From the IMG/VR virus record IMGVR_UViG_3300020195_000009, positions 186,001 to 250,000 of that record: a stretch of DNA of 64,000 nt; one strand, 5' to 3'. Below the pieces are notes generated by a model. The model was given only the letters and a program-made list of their open reading frames with translations. It was not told where the DNA came from and made no database searches. Within the stretch, counting starts at the first letter, position 1, and every line of letters begins with the position of its first letter. Shown piece by piece: positions 26,124 to 35,947 of the stretch. The translations under genes were made by a program, and so were the position numbers.

Positions 26124-26156
26124 AAAAGGTACCGCCCCATTTCCAAAGAAGCCCCC

Positions 26157-26585
26157 ATGTCCCGCAACAGAGTCATCCCCAACGCCGGCTTCGTTTCCGG
26201 GCGCCTAACAGCGTGTAGGTGGTGTGGTGGTCCGCTGCCCAAGAAACGCCGGACATTTTGCAGCGGAGCCCGAACCGTAAGAGGCCGGGACCTCAAGGTC
26301 ATCACACCAGGCCATGGGTGTGTTCACGAACACTGCCTTCGCAGCCAGCCCGTATACATGAGGCAAGCGGTCCGAGACCGGGACCACGGCATCTGTGCCG
26401 TCGGTGGGCTTGCGTGTGGTGACGGGTCAGGTGATTGGCAGGCCGATCACATTCTTCCAGTCTCCGAGGGTGGTGGAGAGTGCGGTATTGAAAACATGAG
26501 GACCTTGTGTACCGCACACCACCAAGAGGCGACGAAAGCCTTGGCTGGTAGACGAGCCGCCGCTGCTAAACTACTAAAAGCTTGA
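26157..26585 (+). CDS. HNH endonuclease
   Basis: CRWCG..RRTFCS; RDHGIC, WQADHILPVSEGGG, ENMRTLCTAHH. Confidence 0.9.
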   Translation: MSRNRVIPNAGFVSGRLTACRWCGGPLPKKRRTFCSGARTVRGRDLKVITPGHGCVHEHCLRSQPVYMRQAVRDRDHGICAVGGLACGDGSGDWQADHILPVSEGGGECGIENMRTLCTAHHQEATKALAGRRAAAAKLLKA

Positions 26586-26594
26586 AAGGTACCC

Positions 26595-26777
26595 ATGAAG
26601 CTAAGTCAGATCCTCACCCTCATCTTGTTTGCAATCACCATCCTCGCCACAGGCTTCGGGATCTACCTGAAGATCAACGGTACTTTGACGTGGGGGCATT
26701 TCGCCGGTTGGGAAGCTTCGACGGTTGCCCTTGCGGCGATCTTCGGCCGAATGGTCTTGTTTGACCTCAAGAAGTGA
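26595..26777 (+). CDS. small membrane protein
   Basis: Two hydrophobic helices. Confidence 0.65.
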   Translation: MKLSQILTLILFAITILATGFGIYLKINGTLTWGHFAGWEASTVALAAIFGRMVLFDLKK

Positions 26778-27410
26778 TCAGCGGCGACAGAATCTCCCGT
26801 ACCTCGCTCCGTAGCTCAGGTCGAAGGCGTCGGATTCGCACCAACTTCCTATCCAACCCCCGGCCTTCAGGTACTTCTTGAAACGGGACTTGAGGGCCTT
26901 CATCTCGTCGTAGTTGTCGCCGCAGATGGTGGGCCAGATGTCGAAATAAATGGTGTTGAAGCTCCAGCTCGGGTCGGGCTCCCACGTGAGGATGTCCCCA
27001 CGCATGACGAAAAGTCGTTCTTCGTTATCCTTCAAGAAGTGAGGGGCAACGAGGTCGATGACGTCCTGGCTCTTCTCGATGATCAGGACCGTGTCGACCT
27101 TCTCACGCTTCAGGATCGGGGGTAAAACCATCCCGATACCAAGTCCGGCAATGAGAACGTTTCCCTTCGTTTGAGCGACGAAGAGCCGGTTCGTATCTTG
27201 CTCCATCTGAGTGTCGGTCATCATGAGCTGACCGTCCACGATGAGCTTGGCATACTTCCCTGGTTTGACGGCTTGCTCTCGACCGTTCGTGACGGCTGCT
27301 CGCATTCGAGTGTAGGAGGCCTCCTCCTCGCTCATCTCGAAGTGCTCAATCTCCACACTGCCCTTACGGCCGGGGGGTATAATATCGGTCATTTTCGCAA
27401 ACGAGATCAC
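26778..27410 (-). CDS. class I SAM-dependent methyltransferase / spermidine-synthase-like
   Basis: VLIAGLGIG, IIEKSQDVI, GDI, IYFDIW. Confidence 0.85.
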   Translation of the reverse strand: MISFAKMTDIIPPGRKGSVEIEHFEMSEEEASYTRMRAAVTNGREQAVKPGKYAKLIVDGQLMMTDTQMEQDTNRLFVAQTKGNVLIAGLGIGMVLPPILKREKVDTVLIIEKSQDVIDLVAPHFLKDNEERLFVMRGDILTWEPDPSWSFNTIYFDIWPTICGDNYDEMKALKSRFKKYLKAGGWIGSWCESDAFDLSYGARYGRFCRR

Positions 27411-27609
27411 GGTTTCTTCTCCGGTTTCAAGTTCAAACGGCTCTCGTCGGTTGTGACGAGCTTTTCAGCACTCCACTGAAGAGACCCACAACGAGCAGCC
27501 TTGCGGACCTTGCTGGCGGTCTGAGCATCGTCATCAGTTCGGCCACCGTCAGCGTTTTGTCCTTGTTGACCATGAAGACACTCTACCTCGGTTGGGGAGA
27601 GAAACGAAC

Positions 27610-27819
27610 CTACTTGAAAACAACTGAGAGACGCACGTCAAACCGGTCTTCATTTAGGATGACGTACCGCTCTAGACCCCTGGCGACGGTCAGGAACTGG
27701 CTCTGCTCCTCGTCAGAGAACGTGCCACCGAACGGGTCGTGCCACAGATGCTCATCCGGGTAGAGGTAGGCGACCACGCAGCCGTTTTTGTCGAGGATCT
27801 GAAGCTTGAAAATGTTCAT
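27610..27819 (-). CDS. hypothetical protein
   Basis: SD GGAG, 69 aa. Confidence 0.6.
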   Translation of the reverse strand: MNIFKLQILDKNGCVVAYLYPDEHLWHDPFGGTFSDEEQSQFLTVARGLERYVILNEDRFDVRLSVVFK

Positions 27820-27906
27820 GCTTGCTCCGCCCAGTAGTGGTAGTTGATGCCCATCGACTCGCGCGACTTGCGGATCTCAGGGATGGGTTTGGTACCCACT
27901 CCTCGG

Positions 27907-28095
27907 TCAGTAACCGCACCCTTCGGCCCGGTCGGCACACTCATCACACTGATACCCCTGCCGAGCGTCCTTGGGGGTCAGCCGGTTGGGCTGCTTGCAG
28001 GTCGGGCACGGGAGATTCCTGGGGTTACTCTTGGTGGCCCGGCGAAGAGCTGAGCGTCCACCGGGGTCCTGAAACATGTTGCGAGCGTCGTCCAT
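27907..28095 (-). CDS. small zinc-finger protein
   Basis: CPTC...CDEC; leaderless-type promoter upstream. Confidence 0.75.
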   Translation of the reverse strand: MDDARNMFQDPGGRSALRRATKSNPRNLPCPTCKQPNRLTPKDARQGYQCDECADRAEGCGY

Positions 28096-28271
28096 GTTGA
28101 GAGAACAATCCGAGCAGGGAAGTTTTCAACTACGAACCGTAAATAAGTACACCGGAACAGCGATAGGACCATAAACCTATGAAACCACACCAGATCCTAA
28201 GTGGCGCCAAGAGTCGGCCAAAAATGTGATACTTTGAGTTGAATCCGAAACCACTCAGGTGTTCTTCCAAC

Positions 28272-29048
28272 ATGAGCGCACGATCCATCCTCTCCGCAAC
28301 CATCACGTTTGGCCTAGTTTCCGTCCCGGTGAAGGTCTACACGGCCGCCTCACCGGAGAGCGTCAGCTTCAATATGCTGACTCCAGGTGGGAACCGAGTG
28401 AAACAGCACTACACGGACGCCATCACAAATACCCCCATTGAGCAGAGAGACTGCCACAAGGGCTACGAAATCGCGAAGGATCAGTACGTCAGCTTCACGG
28501 CGGACGAGATCAAGGCCCTCGAAGCCGAGAAAGACAAGTGCATCAACATTCTGGAGTTCGTTGATGCTTCGAGCATCGACCTCATCCAGGTGGAGAAGAG
28601 CTACTACCTCGGCCCGGACAAGGGCGGGGACCGGGGCTACCTCCTCCTCTCAGAGACCATGAAGGGCATGGGTAAGGTCGCCGTGGCTCAGTGGGCAGCT
28701 CGGGGTAAAGAGCAGCTCGTGGTCGTTCGCCCCTACAAGGGTGGGCTCATCGTCCACCAGATGTTCTACGCAGCCGAAGTCCGGGACTTCGATGAGGTAG
28801 CCTGCAAGCCGATCGCAATCAGCGATGCGGAGCGTGAGATGGCCTCCCTCCTGATCAACGCTCTCACGACGGGAGCCTTCGAGCCCTCCAAGTACGAGGA
28901 CGGTTACGTCAAGCGGGTTCAAGCAGCGGTGGACCGCAAGGTCGCCGGGGTGACTACCCCCGCCGTCAAGGAAGCCCCGGCTCCCCAGATCATCGACCTC
29001 CTCGCTGCCCTCAAGGCGAGTATCGAACAAGCGAAGCCCAAGAAGTGA
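28272..29048 (+). CDS. ku: Ku DNA-end-binding protein
   Basis: ITFGLVSVPVKVYTA, KGYE, EKSYYLGP, IIDLLAALKAS. Confidence 0.96.
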   Translation: MSARSILSATITFGLVSVPVKVYTAASPESVSFNMLTPGGNRVKQHYTDAITNTPIEQRDCHKGYEIAKDQYVSFTADEIKALEAEKDKCINILEFVDASSIDLIQVEKSYYLGPDKGGDRGYLLLSETMKGMGKVAVAQWAARGKEQLVVVRPYKGGLIVHQMFYAAEVRDFDEVACKPIAISDAEREMASLLINALTTGAFEPSKYEDGYVKRVQAAVDRKVAGVTTPAVKEAPAPQIIDLLAALKASIEQAKPKK

Positions 29049-29191
29049 AGCTCGTATGGGTCCGTCAGCCGAAGGGGGCCGTACCCGAATGGAAAACGGC
29101 CGAGTGGGCGTCGCGAAGATGCTGTGCGAAGAACACGCAGAGAGGATGAAGAAGTGAGTCGGTTTTTCATTGTTGGGGGGCCAAAGTCACC

Positions 29192-29767
29192 ATGAGTGAT
29201 CCCGTTCGAGACTTTGCTGACGCCTTGATTGCTCACAACGTCGCCACGAGGTTCGCTGCCCGGTCCGTCCAGGGCAACAGCTACGGCAAACCTCTCTACG
29301 GGCACAAGGATGAGAACTCCGCCTACTTGGTGGAGGATTACCCGTACGGGGCTCGTGCTCGATGTCGGATCCGGTACTGGTTGGAGTCGAGCCCCTCAAA
29401 AGGGTTCCGCTTCGTTGCCCAGACGGAAGACCCCAAGAAGCTCCGTTGGAACAACCCCAAGAAGTCCACGTACACGGAGTGGGGTGGGGCGATGTACCTC
29501 GACCACCAGGATCACGTCCAGTGGGTCGGGGTCGGCCAGTACACGAACGATGAGAAGATGCTGGAGTTCGTCAAGGCCTTCCCGGACTCGGACATGAGCG
29601 TCCTCAAGAAGGTCGTCCCTGCTAAGATGAAGTACCTGCTCATGAGGATCAGTGGGAGTAGCGGCCTGACCATGAATGGCCAGAAGGTCGAGATGTCCGA
29701 AGAGGACATCGGCCGGGCTCGTCAAGAGCTGGAAATCTGGAAGGACATCGCGAAGTACGTCCACTGA
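29192..29767 (+). CDS. hypothetical phage protein
   Basis: YLVEDYPYG..RC.IRYWLE...WNNPKKSTY. Confidence 0.8.
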   Translation: MSDPVRDFADALIAHNVATRFAARSVQGNSYGKPLYGHKDENSAYLVEDYPYGARARCRIRYWLESSPSKGFRFVAQTEDPKKLRWNNPKKSTYTEWGGAMYLDHQDHVQWVGVGQYTNDEKMLEFVKAFPDSDMSVLKKVVPAKMKYLLMRISGSSGLTMNGQKVEMSEEDIGRARQELEIWKDIAKYVH

Positions 29768-29768
29768 G

Positions 29769-30926
29769 ATGGTGAACGATCCCCTACTTCGTCGGGTTGT
29801 GGATGGTTACCTTGCGGTAAAGGTGGCTCGTCGACTCATGGCCGCAGGTCTCACCGAAGAGAAAATGAAGCTTCTCCTCCTGAAGCTCAGGAAGGGGGCG
29901 GACTCATCCGTCTCAATGAAGGCCCTCATCGAGGCACTCAGCTACCTTGGTGGTTGGAAGGTAGAGCAGGTCGTCGGACTCGTGCAGATGCACGGGTACC
30001 AAGGGAAGCCTGACGCCCCAGAGAGCGAAGCCGAAGACGATGCCGAACAGGTCCAACGCCTGTGGGAAAAGGCCAAGGCGGACGAGGTCCAGAATATCCC
30101 CAAGAGCCCAAAGCACGGCCAGCGGTACACGATGGACGTGACGGAGCCCACAGCCGAAGGGTACGCCAGCTACGGGGGCAAACAGCTCTCCGGGTTCAAG
30201 TATCTATGTTGGACCGGCTGGAACGGTATCCGCTTCACCTCCCCTGAGGGTAAGGTCTTCGAGCTTCTCCCGAGCAAGTTCGAGGTGAAGGATGGCCGCT
30301 ACCCTAACCCCATGAAGATGCCGATTTGGGACGTGAAGACGTGGCTCAGAAAGGAAACGAAGTTCCTGGAGCAGGTCTCCAACAACCTCGGCCTGGCTAC
30401 GTTTGAAGATGAGCGCCGGGAGAAGACGGCGCCCAGAACTCGTGAAAACACGGGTACATGCCCTTGCTGTTTCAGGAATATAAAGCTCAAATCCAGGAGC
30501 GGCAACCAACACCCAATCATTGTCCTCCACGGCTATCAGAGGCCCGGCTGGGGTTCGATTCAGGGCTCCTGCATCGGCGTCGACTTTCCCCCGTTCGAGC
30601 TGAGCCCCGAGGGAACCAAGCACCTCGTGAAGCTCCTTGAGCAAACTGTGGACAATCAGGAGAGCTACTTGCGGCGGCTCAAGAACGGGGAAGTCAATGA
30701 GATCAACGAGCAAAAAGGAAGGACCCTCGTAAAGAAGTCCCTGGTCGAAGAGGGTGAGGCCAAGTGGAAGGTTATCATTGACAAGAAAATCGACGATACG
30801 GAGGAGATGATCAAGCACTTGGAGAGTGACATCAAGATGCTGAGTCATCTCATCACCAACTGGAAGTTGGAGCCCCTCCCCATGGAAGGGGCGAAGGCCA
30901 AGCCACCTCCGTCGTTCCTCCGTTGA
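29769..30926 (+). CDS. hypothetical phage protein
   Basis: GTCPCC...HGYQRPGWG...GSC.G domain shared with the 45614 gene. Confidence 0.8.
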   Translation: MVNDPLLRRVVDGYLAVKVARRLMAAGLTEEKMKLLLLKLRKGADSSVSMKALIEALSYLGGWKVEQVVGLVQMHGYQGKPDAPESEAEDDAEQVQRLWEKAKADEVQNIPKSPKHGQRYTMDVTEPTAEGYASYGGKQLSGFKYLCWTGWNGIRFTSPEGKVFELLPSKFEVKDGRYPNPMKMPIWDVKTWLRKETKFLEQVSNNLGLATFEDERREKTAPRTRENTGTCPCCFRNIKLKSRSGNQHPIIVLHGYQRPGWGSIQGSCIGVDFPPFELSPEGTKHLVKLLEQTVDNQESYLRRLKNGEVNEINEQKGRTLVKKSLVEEGEAKWKVIIDKKIDDTEEMIKHLESDIKMLSHLITNWKLEPLPMEGAKAKPPPSFLR

Positions 30927-30967
30927 TTTGAGTTGAAAAAGACCCCTCGCCCCGTGTCCTTAGTGGT

Positions 30968-31264
30968 ATGGGACCCGAGTACGAGTCAGTCGAGACCTTC
31001 GCAGATTTCCTCATGGCTGACGAGCGCACGTCCTTCACGCTGGCAGATGTCGTTCTTCTTGCCAAGAACACCCAGACGTCGGACCCCAAGGTCATCGACG
31101 AATTGAAGAGCTACGGTTTCGCCATGGTGAAGAGGGAGCCTGAGAAGCAGGTCCGTGGCTTCCAGTCCAACTCTCATGATCGCTGGAGTGGCCCAGGGTC
31201 ATCACCCTCACACGGGGGTTCCGGTTGGGAGCAGATCAGCGGGTTCGCCGGCCAAGAGGGCTGA
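30968..31264 (+). CDS. hypothetical protein
   Basis: 98 aa; leaderless-type promoter upstream. Confidence 0.75.
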   Translation: MGPEYESVETFADFLMADERTSFTLADVVLLAKNTQTSDPKVIDELKSYGFAMVKREPEKQVRGFQSNSHDRWSGPGSSPSHGGSGWEQISGFAGQEG

Positions 31265-31279
31265 CGGTGTAGAGACGGG

Positions 31280-31906
31280 ATGGAAGGCATCCTGACCGAC
31301 ACGATGATCGCCCAAGGCGTCAAAGACGGGGTGATCAGGATCGACCCCTACGAACCCAACCACCTGAACCCTGCGAGCTACGACCTCACCCTAGGTGACG
31401 AGGTGACCGTCTACAAGCAGTGGGTGGAATGCTTTCAGTCTAGCTCACAGCCTCATGCGAGCTACGGAGAGGACGGCCGCCACTTCCTGGCTCGCGACTC
31501 CGTTCTTGATGTGAAGCGGGAGCCAGAGGTCCAGAAGTTCAAGATTGACAAGGATCATGGCTGGATCCTTAAACCCGGAATCGGGTACTTAATGCACACC
31601 CGAGAGCGCATCTGGACCGAGAAGTACGTTCCCATCGTGGACGGTAAGTCGAGCATCGGCCGACTCTTCATCCAGGTGCATTGCACTGCGGGTTTTGGGG
31701 ATCCTGGGTACGACGGTCAGTATACGCTGGAAGTCATCGTCCAACATCCCGTGAAGGTCTACCCAGGGATGCGCATCGGGCAGATCCGATTCCACACGAT
31801 GCACGGGGATCTGGCGATGGCGTACGACAAAAGAGACAGCAACTACAAGGGGGTCCTAGCCAAGGGAGCCGTCCCCTCCCGAGCCTGGAAGCAGTTCAAA
31901 CGATGA
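31280..31906 (+). CDS. dcd: dCTP deaminase
   Basis: LNPASYDLTLG, DGKSSIGRL, AGFGDPGYDGQYTLE, YPGMRIGQ. Confidence 0.95.
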   Translation: MEGILTDTMIAQGVKDGVIRIDPYEPNHLNPASYDLTLGDEVTVYKQWVECFQSSSQPHASYGEDGRHFLARDSVLDVKREPEVQKFKIDKDHGWILKPGIGYLMHTRERIWTEKYVPIVDGKSSIGRLFIQVHCTAGFGDPGYDGQYTLEVIVQHPVKVYPGMRIGQIRFHTMHGDLAMAYDKRDSNYKGVLAKGAVPSRAWKQFKR

Positions 31907-32430
31907 GTGTCCCCAAGGTCCTCCCCCTCCGGTACTTCCCCGATCCTATCTTGCAGGTCAAGTGCAAGCCTGTTGTGGAGGTCGGGCCAGAGATCAAGCA
32001 GCTCGCCTACGACATGCTCCTCACCATGATGAAGAACGACGGGCTTGGGTTAGCAGCCCCGCAGGTAGGTCACCCGATTCGGATGATCGTCGTGGATGTC
32101 GAATGGCCAGAGAAGAAGGTTGACTCTCAATCGTTCGTCCTCATCAACCCCATTATGAAAGTTGAAGGGGAGCCCACCGTCAAGTCCGTAGAGGGCTGCC
32201 TCTCCTTTCCTGGGGAACGCTTCGACCGGGTTAGAGCCCCAAAGGTTCACGTGCTCTCAACGGATCTCGACGGCAGCCCATTCACAATGGAGGCGACGGG
32301 GCTCCTTGCCGTTGTCATTCAACACGAAATGGATCATCTTGAAGGGAAGACGGTCGCAAGCGGACTCTCGTGGATGAAGCGGGACCTGCTCAGGAAGGCC
32401 ATCACGAAGAGACTCAAGGGCAAGCGCTAG
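31903..32430 (+). CDS. def: peptide deformylase
   Basis: GLGLAAPQVG, EGCLSFP, QHEMDHLEG. Confidence 0.97.
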   Translation: MSVPKVLPLRYFPDPILQVKCKPVVEVGPEIKQLAYDMLLTMMKNDGLGLAAPQVGHPIRMIVVDVEWPEKKVDSQSFVLINPIMKVEGEPTVKSVEGCLSFPGERFDRVRAPKVHVLSTDLDGSPFTMEATGLLAVVIQHEMDHLEGKTVASGLSWMKRDLLRKAITKRLKGKR

Positions 32431-32444
32431 GCTGCCCTTGAGTC

Positions 32445-32852
32445 TCAGTTCGGCTTACGTCTCTGAAGGATGGAGACGTTGGACTTCGAGACCCCCAGCG
32501 TCTCTCTCAAGATAGAGAGGGCGAGGTCGGCGTTGTAGTCCTTGCACGAGAACACGTCCATACTGAAGAACTTCTGAAGTGGCCAGCAGTGGCAAGCGAT
32601 GTGGCTTGTCGAGATCACGCAGATAGCTGTGATCCCACCCTCGTCCTCAAAGGTCCCAGTTTGTTGGACCCGTCGAAGTACCTCCGGGTCTACGGGGACA
32701 TCGTAGACGTGGGGTTTGTCCAAGGCCTTCATTCCAAGGGCGGAGATGATCTGAGCGAATAGAGCTTCGATCTTCTCTCGCGTGAAGACCGCAGAATCAG
32801 ACACTTCCCCGTCAACGATCAAGTGCGTTCCCGCACTCGCCAGCTTTCCCAT
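32445..32852 (-). CDS. speD: S-adenosylmethionine decarboxylase proenzyme
   Basis: GTHLIVD, GGIT...STSHIACHCWP...SMDVFSC. Confidence 0.88.
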   Translation of the reverse strand: MGKLASAGTHLIVDGEVSDSAVFTREKIEALFAQIISALGMKALDKPHVYDVPVDPEVLRRVQQTGTFEDEGGITAICVISTSHIACHCWPLQKFFSMDVFSCKDYNADLALSILRETLGVSKSNVSILQRRKPN

Positions 32853-32878
32853 TTCAACCTCGTTACACCTTGTGTGAA

Positions 32879-33094
32879 CTATGTGAGAGAGTGAAGGTCT
32901 CGTACAAGAACTTCATTCATCTCGGTCAGCGAGGACCCGCCCGACGACACGGGCGACCAAGGGGGCATCAAGCTCCTCAAGCTTCCGAAGGTTACGATAT
33001 CACCAACGTTGAAATAAGAAGCGGCTACGTACCGTGCTGCGACTCGGTACGCAAGCCTAAATCGGGCGACGACGCGGTCAACGACAGGATCCAT
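32879..33094 (-). pseudogene. internally deleted or frameshifted gene
   Basis: MDPVVDRVVARF...YFNVGDIVTFG switches to a frame reading KLEELDAPLVARVVGRVLADRDE*. Confidence 0.5.
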
Positions 33095-33097
33095 CGT

Positions 33098-33949
33098 TCA
33101 CCGGAATACAGTTCCCAACGTGGGCACCCATATATCCCACGTATTGACCCACTTCATGTACTCGGGGGAGAAGAGGCAGAAGCCGTTATCACGCCAACCT
33201 TTACCCCATGAATTTTTCACGAGGAAATTACCTCCCACGTACCCCACGCAAAGCATGGCGTGCCCACCGATGGTCGCCCCAGTCGGGGGCATGACGACAG
33301 CCGGCCCGTTGAGAGCTTGGAAGGCAGCGTCGATGAGGGTTCCGAAGACGACCGGGTGCTTGGCTCGAAGGGCGGAGACCATTGCATCGAGGCGATCATC
33401 CGCGTTCCCCGTGTCCTTGATCCGGTAGTACGAGTGGATGCGGTGACCCACGGCCTGGCGTAGAGCTTTGATGCTCGGGGCCGTGTAGACCTTCGCTTCG
33501 TCGTACGGCCAAACGGTCTCATCGCAGACACCAAACCGAGAGAGAATCTCGAAGCAAAGACGGATGAACGTACCCTCGTCCTTGCCGATGTCCCCTTGAC
33601 CGTCCCCATCGTCGTCCATGAGCGACCGAGCCATCGAGTAGACGAACAGACGGGAGACTTGAACGGGGGGCTTAGGATCACGCCCCTCAACGGCGGCTGT
33701 CTCCTTTTCGGAGATGTCGTTGAGGACCTCGACCCCATCCCCAGTGGCGTTGCCGGCACAAGCGGAGAGCCCGAACTGGTTCGACTCCGTAGTATAGCCG
33801 CTGAGATCCACGTCACCTGGAGTCAGGGTGAGCTTCGGGAGAAGCTCCAGTTTGAAATCCTTGTCCTTCTCAACCCAATCGAACTCGGTGCCGTCTGGGT
33901 TGGTTCCGACGAGAGGGTCCCGCTTGTAGCCGAAGGTCACCATTGCCAA
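33098..33949 (-). CDS. papain-like (C1) cysteine peptidase
   Basis: NQFGLSACAG (Gln, Cys), GGHAM (His), VKNSWG (Asn). Confidence 0.93.
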   Translation of the reverse strand: MAMVTFGYKRDPLVGTNPDGTEFDWVEKDKDFKLELLPKLTLTPGDVDLSGYTTESNQFGLSACAGNATGDGVEVLNDISEKETAAVEGRDPKPPVQVSRLFVYSMARSLMDDDGDGQGDIGKDEGTFIRLCFEILSRFGVCDETVWPYDEAKVYTAPSIKALRQAVGHRIHSYYRIKDTGNADDRLDAMVSALRAKHPVVFGTLIDAAFQALNGPAVVMPPTGATIGGHAMLCVGYVGGNFLVKNSWGKGWRDNGFCLFSPEYMKWVNTWDIWVPTLGTVFR

Positions 33950-34015
33950 GACGATGGCATAGAAACTTTCGCCTCACCGACGATCCGTTAAGGCTCTCAT
34001 GCGGAGGGCTTGGTC

Positions 34016-34366
34016 ATGAGGTTCAAGTTCCTCCTTGTCGTCGGGCTCCTGGCTCTCTCGGGTTGCCCCAAGACAGTCGACCGGGAAGCTCCTGGTCCGA
34101 GCCCTATCAAACCCCCGGACACGGACCTTTGCGGGAAGATGTGCGCAAAGATCGGCCCCAAGGGACTCAAGTGCGAGGAGGGGGCTTCGGTTTACGACTC
34201 GGACAAGCCAGGCCCCCCGGACGTCCCCAATACAACCTGCGAAGACTTCTGCCGGACGACACAAAACCGGGGAGCCTTCTTGAATCCAAAATGCGTGGCC
34301 CTCGTGAAGTCATGCGCCGAGATCGAACCGGCTCGCAAGAAGAAGCCAGAGACTTGCACGGAGTGA
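34016..34366 (+). CDS. Cys-rich lipoprotein
   Basis: Lipobox LALSGC plus multiple Cys. Confidence 0.78.
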   Translation: MRFKFLLVVGLLALSGCPKTVDREAPGPSPIKPPDTDLCGKMCAKIGPKGLKCEEGASVYDSDKPGPPDVPNTTCEDFCRTTQNRGAFLNPKCVALVKSCAEIEPARKKKPETCTE

Positions 34367-34370
34367 ACTG

Positions 34371-35933
34371 ATGCCTTCTTCTCCGATTGTACTGGTTCAA
34401 GATGGCGCTGGGCCGTTCCTTGGAACGGTCGGGGGTAACAACGTTACCCCCGGCAATACGATCTCCATCAAGCTCCAGACCCCTGGTCCCGTTGCCGCCT
34501 GGTACTTGGAGATATTCGGAGTTGATGAAGTCACGGTAACAGCCCCAACTCTCGTTGGGGTGAACCCTTCGACTCATCTTGTTGCAACCCCGGCCACTAT
34601 CGTGACCTTCGTGATGCCAGCGGGCGTTGGCATTGGGCGAGCAATTGTCCTCCGGTCTTGGGTAGATGGGGGAGGGTCTGGGCTCACCACCACATTCGGG
34701 ATCTATGTCCTCACCTCGGCACCGGCTCGCGTCGGAGCAGCTGGGGAGAAGTTTGAGGGGGACCCCATTTTCGGATGGGCTACGAAAGTCAACCCGCTCA
34801 TCCGAACGGGGGCAAGCGCTCCGACCGGCCCCGCTGGAAACGACCTTGGGGGTGCGTACCCCAACCCCGATGTTCTCCGCATCCACGGCACATCCGTTCC
34901 GATAGCGGGGGCCCCAGAAATCGGCAAGGTCCTGACTGTCTTTGCTTCAGGGGTGGCCACCTGGCAAACCTCCTCAGGTTTTACGGCCGGGGGCGATCTA
35001 TCTGGCACCCCTTCAAGTCAGACAGTCATTAAGATCAACGGGACCACGGTTCCCGTTTCTCTCGTTGGAGACATTGGGAAGGCCCTATTTGTTACAGCGG
35101 CTGGGGTTTCCGCCTGGCAAACCGTCACCCAAGGGGTCGTCGTTAAAGACGAGGGCTCAACTGTTACAGGCGGACCCCACACCGCTCTAAACTTTATTGG
35201 CCCAGGGATCGCCGCCACGGATGCAGGTGGCGGTCAAGCTAACATCACGGTTACAGGAACTATCGACGTTCAAGACGAAGGATCTACGGTCACCGGAGGG
35301 CCCCATACCACCGTTAATTTCGCTGGTGCCGGAGTTACTGCTACGGACGCAGGCGGTGGTGTGGCCCTGGTCACCATTCCTCAGGGCGCCCCGACCATCC
35401 AGGAGGAGGGTGTTCCCCTTGCGGGTGGGCCTCACTCCACACTGAATTTCACCGGAGCCTCCGTTACCGCCGCAGATGCAGGCGGAGGGGTTGCGAACAT
35501 TACAGTCGCCGGAGTAACGGCGCTTCCCGAGGTTGAAGTCTCGCTTGAAGCTGGAGTCTTCAGTACGGCCAACGCCGCCTTCACACGAGCAGGCAGCCGA
35601 ACCCTCGATCCCTTGTATTGGCCTGCCGCGATTGGAGCGCTGACCCGCTCGGTTTATTTCAAAGCTGACATCGAGGTCTCCACGGGCGGAACAACCGCCA
35701 ATGTTCGACTTCAAAACATCACGGACAATGAGACGGTCACGGGTACAGCCTTGAGTACAGGCCTGCTCGTGAACACCGAGGTCACTTCGGTTGCCCTTAC
35801 CGTTGGCGTAGCGGTCGGCGACCTGAAGTCCGGCACTCCCAAACAGTATGAAGTCCAAGTCTCCCTCACGGGAGGGGGGGCCGGTGATACGGTCACTATC
35901 ACTAACGCCCGTCTTTGTATAAGGTACGCCTGA
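34371..35933 (+). CDS. tail-fibre-like structural protein
   Basis: G/T/A/V-rich; AGNDLGGAYPNP / AGGDLSGTP motifs; three EG..GGPH..NF.G...DAGGG repeats. Confidence 0.75.
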   Translation: MPSSPIVLVQDGAGPFLGTVGGNNVTPGNTISIKLQTPGPVAAWYLEIFGVDEVTVTAPTLVGVNPSTHLVATPATIVTFVMPAGVGIGRAIVLRSWVDGGGSGLTTTFGIYVLTSAPARVGAAGEKFEGDPIFGWATKVNPLIRTGASAPTGPAGNDLGGAYPNPDVLRIHGTSVPIAGAPEIGKVLTVFASGVATWQTSSGFTAGGDLSGTPSSQTVIKINGTTVPVSLVGDIGKALFVTAAGVSAWQTVTQGVVVKDEGSTVTGGPHTALNFIGPGIAATDAGGGQANITVTGTIDVQDEGSTVTGGPHTTVNFAGAGVTATDAGGGVALVTIPQGAPTIQEEGVPLAGGPHSTLNFTGASVTAADAGGGVANITVAGVTALPEVEVSLEAGVFSTANAAFTRAGSRTLDPLYWPAAIGALTRSVYFKADIEVSTGGTTANVRLQNITDNETVTGTALSTGLLVNTEVTSVALTVGVAVGDLKSGTPKQYEVQVSLTGGGAGDTVTITNARLCIRYA

Positions 35934-35947
35934 AAGGCCGATGAACG